Assembly: GCA_964658305.1 (NCBI GenBank)
Contig: OZ210885.1
Coordinates: forward strand, 3,844,001 to 3,908,000
Direction of reading: 5' to 3'
DNA from: Leptogorgia sarmentosa
Lineage: Eukaryota
DNA length: 64,000 nt
The notes under the pieces: generated by a model
Told to the model about the DNA's origin: nothing
What the model saw: the letters and a program-made list of their open reading frames with translations, nothing else
Databases searched by the model: none
Translations under genes and position numbers: made by a program
Shown here: positions 38,701 through 52,600 of the stretch, piece after piece
Numbering within the stretch: position 1 is the stretch's first letter
Layout of the letters: the number at the start of each line of letters is the position of its first letter

Positions 38701-41700
38701 GTTGCGGGACTGGCCATATCACTAAATACATCGCTGAAATCGTTGGTCCTGAAGGTCAGGCCGTCGGAATCGATCCCGACGCTGAGCGAATCAAAATTGC
38801 TCAAGAGAAATCTAAAGAATTCAGCAATCTTCAGTTCCATCTTGGCAGCAGTGCGACTGGATTTCCACGCGATAATGAACCGTATTACGATGTTCATATC
38901 AGCACGCATGCTTTCCACTGGGTCCCTGATGACGAGAAACGAATTTATATACAGAAAGCATATCGATGCTTGAAGCCTGGCGGGAGATTGGCAATCTGGT
39001 GTGCTGCGAAACCTCCGAGCGACGACGAAGATGCCGAAAAACTTAGTCTTCATTTACATAGCCGAGAAGGCTATCAAGATATGTTTCACAAGACAAATCT
39101 CTTCAAGAATGTTTCGGTAGAACAGGTGATACATCCGTATCGTCTGAAATCGTTCGAAGAATTTAAGCGATGGTTCAAAGCATCAACTCATAAAGACCCG
39201 GACGATTTTCCAAACCTTATGAAATTTGTGAGCACAGATAATGATGGACAAGTTACTTGTAACCTGCCATGTATTTCCATTAAGGCGTTCAAAGATTGAT
39301 TGAAATGAAAGTATTTACAGTAGAATCCGTTGTCTCGAACTCTCAAGGGCAACGAAAATTTGTTCGAGATAGCGCGAGTTCGACATAGCGAGGGTTGATA
39401 TAAATGTACTGCGAGGTTCAAGGTTTCAAGTTCGAAATAACGCGAGATTCGAAATAACCGAGTTCGAGATATATAGGATATTACACGGTTGCGAGAAGAT
39501 ATGGATTTTATGTTCGAGTGGCAAGAACAATATCTCACGAGTGAGCGCAGCGAACGAGTGAGATATTGTTCTTGCCACGAGAACATAAAATCCATATCTT
39601 CGAGCGAACCGTGTAATGTTCTGTTTATTATATGGACTTATTCAAAGTGACACAAATACACAACAACTACCCTTTTAATGAAAACATGCAGTCTAAAACA
39701 CGACAATTAATGGCTTTAAAATTAGCCTTTACTAAATATAGATTATAAAATACCGCTTTATTGTAGTTTATTGTAGTATTGTAGCTTTATTGTTCTTCGC
39801 AAAACGTACTAATATCGTCTTGGCTTAAATTCACAAACCTTGAAGTAGAAGGTAGAAGCCATTTGTAAACAGCGAAAAAGGCGGGAAGGTTATGTCACCC
39901 CTAAGCGTGACATACGGAAAATACGCGCACCGTATCCCGGATGTAGTGGCGTATGAGTTCTACGAGTGTTTTAGTTCCCAATAAAATACCGCTGTCCATA
40001 TAATAAAATGCAAATACGGGATTTTAGTGTATTTGCAACTCAAATCTCTTCAAGAGAGGAAGCATGCTTCGCTAGTTCTTGTCGCATGTAACAAGAGCCT
40101 TGACAAAATCACCGGACCTTTAACCTTATAACTAAAATTTGAACAACTTGTCGAAATTGGTAAAATCGATCGCCACAGCCTGAAAGAGCATCTTAAATTT
40201 AGTAAAATTGCAAAGTTTGGCTGCGAAATATTGTAAAGTAAGGTAAATATGGCCTTGCGAAGTTTGAAATTTTTTTATACTTTTGTATTACGCGGCGAAA
40301 TGTCACGTTCGATCATATTTCCCTTACTTTACCATATTTCGCGACGAAACTTTGCAATTCACCGTAATAAAAAAGATGGCGCCGCGCGTTGCATTGTGGC
40401 AAAATCGACAAGTTGAATTTATAATTAGCCAGACATCATTGCAGACTCTGTCACTCTTTGACCACTCATAACCTTGTCCATTTATTGCAATATTTTGGAT
40501 CCATTTTTTCCGCAACGCATCATTTTTTGGAAAGCTGTAAAATTTTAATGTCTTTTTTATCCAGCTTTTATATTTACATTGAGCCGCAAAGGCGCATATA
40601 AACACTTTTTGAACCATATTTAGTTAGATCTTTATTGTTAAAAATATGAGACGATTTCTGAATTAGAATTAGAAAACACATCTTTTCACCATTTCCACAT
40701 GAAATGAACCATATATATTTATCAACATAATTATGCTTATGCAGATTTCTCATCTATGCATTTCTTTTCTAGTTGATGAACAGAAGACATCATCAATCCC
40801 ATACAGCACAGAATTGGTCTCAATGGTGACTGGAATGTCGTCATTTGTAGGAAATCTGGTGTCTTCGTCATTGAAAACATCGTTTGTTGATCTGAATATC
40901 TCTATTGTACCATCATCAACCAAGCCTGGATCTTCCGCTTTTTCCATGACGTCTGAATTTCTTTTATCTACAACCAAAACCACGAAATCTAGCAAAGGTA
41001 TTGAAACATCCGATCAGTTAGTGTCTTTAGCTGCAACATAGGAAATAGATATTCTGACACAGAAATACACCTAGGCTTGAAGTGCGGGGGGGGGGGGGGG
41101 GGTCAGTTGCGCAAGGAAACGCGGCAGATAGTTGGGAACGTGAAGCTCACGAGGCGCCACAATTGTTGGTATTCCGAGGTCTCATATACCTCTTTCGTTG
41201 ATTAATGCACATTTCGATCTGAAACACTTGTTCTTTCGAATTGGAAGATTTTTCTGCAATAAGTCATGTATTGATAAATCGAATCTTTACTGGGCGACTA
41301 AAGGTATCCCTCTCCCCATATGGATTATTAGGGGGCGGCCGTACCTTCATATTTTCTTTAAAGTTAATACGTTGTACTGCAAAAATAGTGGGGGAAGGGC
41401 CCCGAAGGGGAGTTCCGCCGGGCCTGTTGTTAGGTTTACAAAATAAATTATGCTCTCCCTGTCACAGACATACAAACCTGTTTAGATCCAGTATGTATTA
41501 AAAATCAGTGAGCCAAAAACGTTTTAAATTTGAACTTTGAAACTGAAAGGAACGTTTTGTCGGTAACATTCCAATTCGGAAAACATTTGTAAAGGACCTA
41601 TTCATCAAAACTTTTTTCTGGATTATAGTGAAGGCTTCGAGTACAAATCAATCAACAAACGCACGTGTAAAAGAAGATAATGGGACACTGACATACACAA

Positions 41701-44700
41701 GTTATTCCAGTGGTCAGAAAGATAATGGAAGACCTAGCAACAACATGGTGACCAGTATGACGTCATTTGCGGAAGATATGGAGTCAAGTACCGTGATGAC
41801 ATCATTTGTTATTCATCCGTCAGCTGTTGCACCATCAATGATCAATTCTGAAATTTATTCAGCTACAAATTTCCAGACTGACTCTATCGCAAGTAAAATG
41901 ATGGGATCAAAAATCGCTCGAGGTATATAAAGCGATATTTTTCTATTTTCTCAGCATTCCTGATTTTAACCGATCGGGCAAACCACTGTCAAGTACAACA
42001 GTTATTTGGCCCCAAATAGAATGACAGTCGTCAGCTAGTCTGTGTAAGACCTGAATAAAACCTTTAAGGGGGCTCCCTAGGGTTATTTCTCCGGGAGTTA
42101 CGTTCTTCCTATATTCAACAGGATTATTATGTCAAATTCTTATAAAAACCCATTCAGTAGAAAATTTCTGAATTATGATTGATGACATTTTCTGAATTTT
42201 CCTAAAAACGTGCTGATAGATTGCGGGAACCACTGAGTATTTTCATAAAATACAAAGCAAAGGAGTAAAGTAAGCATAGTAAGTATTGTGATGAGTGGGG
42301 AAAATTCACATCAGTCATCGAGTCATTCAGTCATAGTGTAAACTCCGGGGGGAGCGTCCCAATTTCTGCTGATGTGCGAAACTCCGTAGTGTACCGATGT
42401 CCTTTCAATTTTTAAGCAAAAATTATCCAATTGTAACGTTATACTATTGTTCATCATTGTTTGCAGCTATTCGTATGGATAAGAAATTTAGCTAGGGAAG
42501 TAATGTAATCTAAGATGCCTCAAGTTATAGTACACAATGCCGCAAAGCCCCTCCGGAATTTGGATTTTTGCGAAAATTGCAACTCAGCACGTGTTCGTGG
42601 GATGAAAATCATGAAATATTTGTGTAATACAATATGGCGGACGCTAAGGAGTGCGACATTGAATCAGTAATGTGGCCAAGTTTCAACAATGTTTGAGCAT
42701 GTTGCCAAAGCGGTTAAAATGTTATTTGAATATCTGCGATGAATCTAGAAAACAAGTATGGGTTGTCATGAACAAAAATAGCCATAGCCCATACTATCAA
42801 CTGCTGCCGTGGATATTATAAATCTGCATACATTTTTAGTTTGCCGTCTTTGCCTCGTAAACTCGTCGCAACAAGAAAACCATAATTTTAAATCTTATTT
42901 AGTTCATACGATTGATATATAATGGTTGATATATTCGCTTCACGCATTTATTTGAACGTGTTTGTTTCCATTTGTTCTCGCCATAGTCCCGGCCTAGCGG
43001 TTATGGAAATATTCCCATTCATGTACTTCCAATGTAAAAGAATAATTTACTACAATCAAATTCAGCCAGTTGCTCGCTTTTGCCTTGTAATATATTTTAG
43101 TCGACTAAATAGACGACATGATTCATGATCATACTGATAGAAAATAGTCAACAGCTTCAGTAAGCTTGGGTTGCTTAGGTCTAGTTCAGACGTCGCACTT
43201 TTCATGCGCCGAACCTAATGCAAATGAGCTCAAACAAAGAACTTTGCTCATTAACATTAGGTTCGGCACATGAAAAGTTCGACGTCTAAACTAGGCCTTA
43301 TCTAGATTGTTTACATGATTAGTGGCGACTCAGGGATTCTTCAATTTCGCAGCAAGTAGAATTAACTATATATGTAGGCGAAGAAAAGTAAATTTAACGT
43401 TGGCCTAAAATTGTGAGTAGACTGAATTTCTATTACTACGCAGAGGTAGCCTACAGGTTATACATTTGTACTGCATAATCGCCCGTTCATTGTTACACTC
43501 CGTTTTATTATTATACCGTGAGGATCAGGGGTCAGAGATTCAACAAAATAATGTCGAGCACGCGAAATTTGAACGTGCGGATTTCCTTTTTTGGCTATAA
43601 AATCTTTTAAATTATTTTATTATACTACATCAAGCTTTTCTTTGAGCTGATGTTACATGGAATGATTTTTAACGGCAATTCGGATCACAACAGGCCGCCA
43701 AGCGACATCAGCCTTAGCTCGATATCTTCGTAGAAACTTTGCACTATCCTTGGATTCCTAGTTGATTCAACGTTTCGACTTTATTTCAACAACCGGAACT
43801 AAATCATGGCACCCTAGCATCAACAGAACTATCGGTCTTCTTTTAAGATCAAATTACATGCAGCATATATAAGGCTTGCACATGTAATACCATTCCTGAT
43901 GATGTCTAAATAAAGTCATGATTGACATGGTATGACATTGAATCTAAAATGCTTATACTTTATTAGAGATTTACCGTCGCTTTGTGCTGATAGAGTTTTG
44001 CAAGTGTAAAGAAAAAATATCATTATACCAGTATTGTCAGAAAAGACGAAATATATGCATTATTGTCGTCATTGCTGTTGCCATGGCAACGGGTTTTTAA
44101 CATGAAAATACCAACTAAAAATCATTAAGAGAGGTCTTCTATGGGGGGCGGTGTAGAGTGGTATAAATATTCTCATTTTACCGACGGTATCATTTTAGAT
44201 AGGAAGAGGCCGAAAACGACCTTTTCAAAGTCTTTTCACGCTGAGAATGAAAACAACGTTGATTAGCCAGGTTAGGCCTAGGTCAAACGTCGAACTTTTC
44301 ATGTGCCGAACCTAATGTTAATGAGCAAAGTTCTTTGTTTGAGCTCATTTGCATTAGGTTCGGCGCATGAAAAGTTCGACGTTTGACCTAGGCCTTACTG
44401 AGAAAGGTGTTCAAAATGAATTGAATTGTTATTTCTATTACAGGCTTCGAATGCGCTGATCTTTATAAGAAAGGTCACACAACAAATGGTGTTTATTCCA
44501 TTGATCCAGACGGCAAAGGCGCATTTAAAGTAAGATGTGATATGACGACATCAGGAGGGGGTTGGACGATCATTCAAAGACGTGTTGATGGTAGTGTAGA
44601 TTTCTACCGCAACTGGACAGATTACAAAAATGGTTTTGGTGATCCAACAGGCGAATATTGGCTTGGTCTGGACAAAATCAACCGACTAACAAATGTCGGT

Positions 44701-45512
44701 GCCAAAGTTATTCGATTTGACTTGTGGGACACAACAGGAAACACAAAGTACGCTGAATACAGCAGCTTTGCCATCGCTTCAGAAGATGCCAAATACAAAT
44801 TGAGTTTGGGCACATATTCAGGTATACTTCATGATAATCCATATTAAAGTAGAAGACAATGTTTGAAACTGTGAACTCTGTGAGCTGCGTCAAACCTTTG
44901 TAGTGAAGACTCGAGTGCCAAAGTACGAATAGCGCACTGAAAATTGCAGCGACATTTGCAAGTTTAATCAGGTCTAAAATGGCGGTATCAGTTCTGTAGA
45001 TCAATCATGAGGCGAATGTCAGTCTTTGTAATCTGTGCCGGTCAACATAGTCACAAAAGATTGATATACTGGCGTATTCATAGCTCCCTAATTCAATTTT
45101 TGCAATCTTTCACAATTCGAACAGAGATTGAAGGTTGAAGTTCACCAAAAAACTACAATCATGTCTCGCTCGCTATTTTGCCGTGTTTCTGTAACACGTG
45201 CAGGGGGTATTTCATTCTTTTAGTTACAACCTTCATTTTCACATTTCAGGAACGGCTGGCGACTCTTTTGGATACCAACGTGGCATGGCCTTCAGCACTC
45301 GTGACGTAGATAACGATACTTCGGGAAATCACTGTGCCGTGACCTACAAAGGAGCCTGGTGGTATGCCTTTTGTCACCGTTCAAATTTGAATGGCTTTTA
45401 TTACCTGGGCTCGCACACGTCGTACGCTGATGGCGTGAACTGGCATGCGTGGAAGGGAGTCCATTATTCGTTGAAGAAAACCGAAATGAAACTCAGACCA
45501 TCTGGATTTTAA
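35755..45512 (+). CDS. G6: signal peptide + PAN/apple (type A) + Ser/Thr stalk + FReD, about 506 aa
   Basis: Exons 35755..35842, 36039..36262, 37889..37937, 40773..40997, 41629..41922, 44444..44821 and 45250..45512. Total 1521 nt in frame. AATAAA at 45635. Confidence 0.85.
37998..38495. repeat. Left arm of a ~500-bp inverted repeat flanking the methyltransferase
   Basis: Near-perfect reverse complement of 39469..40006, but lacks the centre of the internal hairpin. Confidence 0.9.
38586..39299 (+). CDS. Intronless class I SAM-dependent methyltransferase (small-molecule type, Tam/JHAMT-like), 237 aa
   Basis: Motif I VLDMGCGTG, acidic GIDPD after strand 2, YDVHISTHAFHWV, and LKPGGRL. Uninterrupted ORF nested in a G6 intron. 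Confidence 0.9.
   Translation: MMEADAKAYDEVSGPLIEAGSRFIDGLNLSLGDKVLDMGCGTGHITKYIAEIVGPEGQAVGIDPDAERIKIAQEKSKEFSNLQFHLGSSATGFPRDNEPYYDVHISTHAFHWVPDDEKRIYIQKAYRCLKPGGRLAIWCAAKPPSDDEDAEKLSLHLHSREGYQDMFHKTNLFKNVSVEQVIHPYRLKSFEEFKRWFKASTHKDPDDFPNLMKFVSTDNDGQVTCNLPCISIKAFKD
39318..39470. mobile_element. Truncated Tc1/mariner-type MITE (TA|CAGT start)
   Basis: TA|CAGTAGAATCCGTTGTCTCGAAC followed by repeated TTCGA(G/C/A)ATA motifs; cut off at the right arm with no second TIR found. Confidence 0.55.
39469..40006. repeat. Right arm of the ~500-bp inverted repeat
   Basis: ATAGGATATTACACGG...(hairpin centred on GAGTGAGCGCAGCGAACGAGTGAG)...GCTGTCCATATAATAA. Confidence 0.9.
40420..40617 (-). pseudogene. 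THAP zinc-finger fragment, probably transposon-derived
   Basis: MVQK..C....QC...FYSFPKNDALRKKWIQNI....WSKSDRVC matches THAP C..C/FP/W/C spacing; the HF that should follow is missing. Confidence 0.7.
42276..43761. mobile_element. ~1.5-kb insertion, possibly a Helitron/Helentron-associated non-autonomous element
   Basis: Absent from G5 (AAGTAAGCG-TTTTTGATTCAACG at ~32570). Has AGTCAT repeats near the 5' end, ends in CTAG next to TT, and shows no TIR or TSD. Confidence 0.5.
43178..43297. mobile_element. 120-bp PIF/Harbinger-type MITE
   Basis: Near-palindromic with TTA flanks; opposite-orientation copy of 44275..44394. Confidence 0.8.
44275..44394. mobile_element. 120-bp PIF/Harbinger-type MITE
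   Basis: TTA|GGCCTAGGTCAAACGTCGAAC...GTTCGACGTTTGACCTAGGCC|TTA. G5 has the empty site CCAGGTTACTGAG at ~33113. Confidence 0.9.
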
Positions 45513-48500
45513 CACGCATTTGCAGTTTTTATTATTACCATGGGTTACTGTACTTTCATATCTTACTTTGTTGTTTTAACGTAAATTGAAGTCAATATGT
45601 ATAAGTAGCTGGAATCTAATTCGAAGTGAGACACAATAAATATTTCTTAAAACACTTTATCGTCATAAACTTTATACAATGGATCAGTTTAAAAGTGGGG
45701 GGGATGGGGGGGGGGGGTTAAATTGTTAATACCTTATTCGTTCTTAACTTCGCGATTTTCGCGAATGAAAAAATTTGCGAAAAATATTCAATTATATAAA
45801 TGTCTCGATGAATACGATCAATCATACTTGATGAAGTTCGGAATATGCGGTCCATTGTTGGTACGAAAGAAACTTTCCTGGAAGATCAGTTTTTAAAATC
45901 TTGATATGTCTAATAAGTCAGTTTTATATGACAAGAAAAAACACTATGGACTCAAAGTACCCCATGCATGCATACATTTTGTTGCGGTTCTGACTTGCTT
46001 CAAACGTTATAGTTTAAATTTTTAAATTAAATTTTAAACAACTATTATAAATGATTTTCAGGAAAAACTGTATTTCGCGAAGATTAATGCCTTTTTTCTC
46101 GAGTCATCAAAATCGCGAAAATAAATTCTCGCGAAACATGACTTCGAAATTAAGTACGAATAAGGTACATCTTTCATATATTCTTTGCTCCATATTGGAC
46201 ATTCTCCAATTGGCAACCCGCAAAGCATCTATGAATTGTTTGGAGGGACAAAACAAAGTGGGAAAAATTCAAGCAGGAAAATATAAAAGACGCCTCATTA
46301 TTTTCAACAAAATACCCCTAAAGTTGTTTACATTCTTGGTTCTATGTCTATACTTATTGAATTGTCCCTCCAAACAAATATGCTGCAAATATCGTCCCTG
46401 ATGATAATCTCTTAGGTCTGTACTGGAAAAGGTACCTTCTTGCTTTACGATTCGCAGTGATACGAACGAAAAAGGTGAACGTTACCTGGCATATTCCTTA
46501 AAAACGCTACATTTCCATACGTTTAAACAAGATGATGAAAATAATGAAAAAAGGTGACAAATCAATTTTGCTTAAAATTTGGGCAACCATCCTGTTAATC
46601 AATATTCTTCAGTAATATTTTTTGTTCGTTCCCCACAGCCTCCATGAAAAAAATCTTGCCCCTAAAATGCAGGAAATAGCATTTCAGACAATCTATTTTT
46701 TAAAATGTTCCCGGTCGCCTGTCGGTCGAATTAACATCTACCCCCTGAAATTTCTAACCCCGTACGCCTATGAAATTACAGCGTAAGGAGGGATGTTTCT
46801 CTTATTGTTGGGAAGGGTGTGATCCAGAGGCGTAGCCTGAACGATAATTAACGACGCTGGTTTAAATTGCAAGGGCAGAAAACCGATCGTGCATGCGCTT
46901 TACAAAGATTTCAATTTCTTCAGCCAGGGGTGTCGGACTGGCTATAATTTGAGTCGGTGTCAATTGGGGAGTAGCAGGGCACAGTTGCTGGAGCAGTGTC
47001 ACTGTTTAGTCATTTCTGTAATTATCACAAAATACGATGTGAAGCAGCGTCTCTAACAATGTTTATGGAAGAATCACGCGCCAACTCGACCGAAAAACTG
47101 GTCTACTGACTACTGTTGTGGTTTTTCAAAGTTTATTTCAACATTTATATTTTCAAAGTCACGAGGCGCCACCATGGTTGGCGATTGGAGAAAATTTTAA
47201 ACATTTAGAACCTCTAGATCTCCGGAAATGGCCATTTGAGAGCCTAACTGGTCGTTAATTAACCTTTCTCACGCTATGCGACCAGGCCTTAAATCCACCA
47301 TTTTTGGATGGAAAAATGGTTGAATTATGTAAATTTTGTTTTATAGAAACAACATTTAAACCACATTTATCGTATTTTACTAAATACGAGACTGTCGCTA
47401 ACTATGTGTGAAGTTTCAGCACAAAATGTTGAAACTTCGCCAAGAAAACACGCGATGAAAAAATGCATATTTTCGGCCAGTGTTTGCATGGGAAAATTTT
47501 GCAAATTAATTCAAATTTTTTCCTTAGGCAGGACATTCCTTTGGTTTGAAATGAAGAGAACGGTAACTTTTCACAATTTTCAACAAACTCTATGAGTACA
47601 GAGCTGGCTCGAAAAATGCGGAAAATGTGACACTACTGACAAAAAAATCACCGGATTGATATTAAACGTCAATACTTGTTTATACCTTTATACCTAAAAT
47701 GGTTGTTGATCTAGCTTGTGCATCTTTATTCATCGCAAAAACAAATGTTTTCTGCTATCTTTTTGTTTTGGTTTTGCTACTAGTAGACTATCACAAATAG
47801 AATGCTAGTATAGCTCAGCTAATCAAAGTGCAGAATTTGTAAATATCCTATTTGTGTAATTGTCGGATGGCCTCCTATTGTGGCAAAATCAAAACAACTA
47901 TATGCCGGAAAACGAATTTATTTTAGCACTGTTTCGGTAGAATTTTGCGAGCAATATGACATCCCAGAGGCGAAAAGGCTACTAAGTGCATGTAGCCTGA
48001 AAACTTGTAAAAATAAAAGACGAAATTTAAACCATATGGTAACAATAAATTTACTTTTATTTACGAAAAATATCGCGCTAGATACAGATACACAGAATTG
48101 CTGAACACATGCAAGCGATATTGCTGAAATTATAATTGCTCATAGTTGTAATCATATTCATGCCGAGCCAATTTTGCATGCTCAAATCAGACAAGTGTGT
48201 TATCTTTTTCGCTCCATTTCTTAAGTTTTTCAAAGCTCTAAATTATGACGTTTTATACACTTCGGGATTTCCCGCCAAAAACGACTCTTCCTATTTTCCG
48301 GATATTGCCTAAAATTGTTTATATACTGTTAGTTCAATGTCTTGTCACTGCGCTGTCCTTCCAAATAATCCATACGTGCTTTGCGGTCTCGATTAGAAAA
48401 TAGCTAATTTTCCATTACAGCGTATAGGAGTTTTAATTTCGGTACATTTAAATGATAAATTGCATCTCACTCATAGTAAATACATTGTAATTTTTAATAT

Positions 48501-49687
48501 ATTTTAGGAATCGTCTTTGCAAGTCTAATGCATTTGAATATTAATTAAAACATACCGAAAAATAATTTAATTCACTTTTGTGCACACGAATTCATAAAAC
48601 ATCAGTCATTATACACCAGCTGCTTCAAATAACAAGGACAATTGCAGTGGAAATATTACACTGACTTTGGTGAGTTTATAGTGTTGTAGTACATTTCTAT
48701 TCAGTACACTTCAATGTAGTTATTTTCATACTCAGCTGAAAGTTCTCTTAAATTCAATGTGATATTTTTTTGGAGACGCGAGCAATATACAAAACTACGA
48801 CAACCGATGCTTAAGCTTCTCAGTCCAATAGAAATGTTTCACATTTAATGAAACATCTGTGAAGAAGAAATATAGAATTGTGTGCAATGGATTTTTGCTG
48901 TTTTCATTCTCAACTTCAGCTAGGTTTCCGAACGAAGTGAAAGATAATTTTTTTAAGCTATAGTAACAATTTAATTTTAAAACAACAAGACACGCAATTC
49001 CGTTATATGAATATAGTCAATATTCACGTCCAGAGTGTCCCAAAAATAACCAAGCCGACATAAGTTATTCGTGTATTCGCTGAAATTATTATTCACAACT
49101 GTACAATTAACATACGAAACCGAGTTCAAAAATTGATTGTTTTATTATTTATTTAAAAATATCAAAACAAGCCTGTAACCCAAAGTTCTTCGCTATATTT
49201 TGTGGAAAACTACTTTGCTTTCAAATTCTTTGGGCAAATCTGTGGAAAAGGCATTTGTATTAAAAAAACCAATTCCTTAGACCTCACGCAGTGCTTATGC
49301 CATGCATTAACCATGTAGACATATTATTGTATATAACTGTGCCAGAAAGTCTCTCCAACGCGAGTTCGCTGCGATTTCTAGTGCAATTTTCACCTTTAAA
49401 GGATGTGAACGAGTGAACCAGACACGAATGGTTCAGGTGAGGAAGCACGCATTCAGCACATTCGTTATTCACTCATTCACATCCATCAAAAGGAGAAAAT
49501 CGCAGCAAAAAATCGCTCGTACGAAACGTTCAGTTTAACACAAATAATAAAATAAATTTACACACATAAAAAGGCGATAAATTGCACCCTAACATAACTC
49601 GTTTTTTCTTTTCTTTCATAGGAATAAACCGATCTGTCTAAGTGATTATCTCTCAAATCGAAAACTTGGATTTATCGGAAGGCAACG

Positions 49688-52600
49688 ATGCATATGAAGT
49701 TCAATGCGTTCATCTTTTTCATTGCATTACGGGCTGTAATTGTCGCTGACGAAGACCAAGAACTGGAAGCAAAAACACTTTCGAATTTTTGTTTCGATTC
49801 AAATCTCGAGGGTAAGTATATACGTGCTGTGAAATCACCAAACAACGACGGCATATCGATAATTGGGGGCACATACAGGATGTCCCAAAAAGTAACGCAA
49901 CCAATATTGAACATAATCTATTCTAATAATTTCCATTGCCTAATACTATACGCTGAATGTGCGCTTTACGAAGATGTTTTAATTTGTGAATAAGACAATA
50001 TTACTCAATATTATATGCACTTGTCAATATTATGCACTCTATATTCTCACTCAGCTTAGTGTTATAGGCTATTGAAATTATGACAATAGATCATTTTCAA
50101 TACTCGTTGCCCTTTTTTGGGGCACCCCATATGTTCACACAATTTGAACACAATTGATTTCAAAGGATAATTTCTTATATAAATATAATGTAGAACGAGG
50201 ATATGTGAATATTCTTAGATAAATTGCAAAATTAGCTAAATAAATTGCCAAGCACTAACTTGATCGTGACGTTTAATACTCATAACTAATTTGTAGATTA
50301 CAGACTCAATGTGACAATTTTGATGACAAAAGTGGTGTCTGACTGGCTTGCCTGTATATTAGAATGTGTCAAAGAGCCTTGCTGTCGATCAATCAATTAT
50401 AAAAAGATACTGATAGCTCAAAATGAATCGAATTGTGAAATGTTGCATAATACGGTCCACAACTCTTCTCAGAAATCTTTACAAGCAAATTTTTCTTATG
50501 ACCATGTTTATCTCAGTAATCCTCAAAAGGTAAAAATAATTCACTACGTATAAAGGTACTACGTTTACACTCTACGATTTGTCGAGCACAATTCGGAGTC
50601 TGGCGTATGTAATCGAGTGAACACGCGCGAGAAAGTAGCATTTCAAATTACGGTTCAAACTTAACACAGAGGAATTACATGCAGAGGTCTAACTGTTGTA
50701 CCAACTATTTTTGTGCGCATGCTCGGCAAAATACTTGCAATTGATGCAAGCATGCATTTGATTGGATGACGACCAAATTTGAACTTGCCGAGCATGCGTA
50801 GTTGATCATTATTTTCAAAAATTTCCAGTCACGTCAAGAACGTCTATAATAAGACGATGAAGTTCCGTCGAGTTGACGAATTCTGATTTATCTTTGACGT
50901 GATGAGTTTGCATGCTGCCATAAAATCGATGCCAGTCTATAGTAGTCTGTAGTCTATAGTATACTCTGGACTTATCTTTCCAGTCTCCCAGGATTTACAA
51001 CATCACCGAACAGTTTTGTTCTCCTTTTTGGCATTAAATCTGTTCCATGCGAACAGCATCTATTCGGTTTTTAGAAATTTTATTATCAGAAAGAATAAGA
51101 TTATCCAAGTATTAATTATTGGTGCCCATTTATAGGAATACAATGAAAGCTGCTTTTCGAAGGTCCTAAATGGCAATATAAAAGGTAAGTGATATACGAT
51201 GATCTCTTAGAGTCCATTTTGGTTAATTAAAGTACTCTTACTTTTAATTTTCTAAGTAATCACGAACGTGTTGATAGCTGTAATAGACAAACTTATCGAT
51301 CTCAAAATTTCAAAATTAATAAAGAAAATATGTACAAAAATGTGTCGCCACAGCGTGCCAAAATTAGTATAACGGCAAAGTTTGAAAAAGAGCGATAAAA
51401 TGGGCTGCGCAAACGGGGGGTAAGGGGGGTATTTAACCCCCCCCCCCCCCCAATCACATGGCATATAGTGCCCTATTAATTCTTTCCAGTATTATTTGGA
51501 AATTATAGTGGTATTATCACTTATGAATTGGTGTTACCCACAAATTTCGCCGTTATAGTACCCTGCGAGCATAGTATAGAAAGTCCCTTTTCGTGTTTGC
51601 CTCACTGAACAATCCTTAAAAAAGGCCCGCAAAGAATTTTGTATTTTATGGTGCGTTACAAAACACGTGACATCAATATGTGCCCTTTTTATTGAATTTT
51701 GCTCCCCAACTTGAAACACAGTTGATCGGTGAGCAGACGAACAGTGTGTGAATTAAACCGTCCTTTTTATCACAGCAAAAGATTGCGTTGATCTTTATAA
51801 GAAAGGCCACAGAACAAATGGTGTTTATTCCATTGATCCAGACGGCAAGCGCGCATTCAGAGTAAGATGTGATATGACGACATCAGGAGGGGGTTGGACG
51901 ATCATCCAAAGACGTGTTGATGGTAGTGTAGATTTCTACCGCAACTGGACAGATTACAAAAATGGTTTTGGTGATCCAACAGGCGAATATTGGCTTGGTC
52001 TGGACAAAATCAACCGACTAACAAATGTCAGTACAAAAGTTATTCGATTTGACCTGTGGGACACAACAGGAAACACACAGTACGCTGAATACAGCAGCTT
52101 TGCCATCGCTTCAGAAAATGCCGAATACAAATTGGGTTTGGGCACATATTCAGGTATACTTCATGATAATCCATAATAAAGTAGAAGACAATGTTTGAAA
52201 CTGTGAACTCTGTGAGCTGCATCAAAACTTTGTAGTGAAGGCTCGAGTGCCAAAAGCCCTGTTTCGAATTGCAACTTTCGCTCCATTTCTAGTGCGAGTT
52301 TCTCTTTTTGATGGCTGTGAATAAGCCAACCAGTACAAATGATTGGGTAAAGAAGCATATCCAATTCACCCTTTCACATATAAAAAGAAGAATAGCGCAC
52401 TGAAAATTGCAGCATCATTTGCTAGTTTAAGCAGGTCTAAAAATGGCGGTATTCTGTAAATCAATCATGAGGCGAATGTCAGTCCTTGTCATCTGTGGGG
52501 GTCAACATAGTCGCAGAGGATTGAGATACTGGGGTATTTATAGCTCTTAATTCAATTTTTTCAATGTTTCACAAATCGAACAGAGATTGGAAAATGGAAG

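Noticed and set aside
38586..39299. Bacterial contamination as the source of the methyltransferase
   Set aside because: It is embedded among eukaryotic-type repeats within a collinear host intron and has no operon context. An older horizontal origin is not excluded.
39188..39595. ORFs starting MDFMFSWQEQ (also 38401)
   Set aside because: They arise from the palindromic repeat arms and show no protein features.
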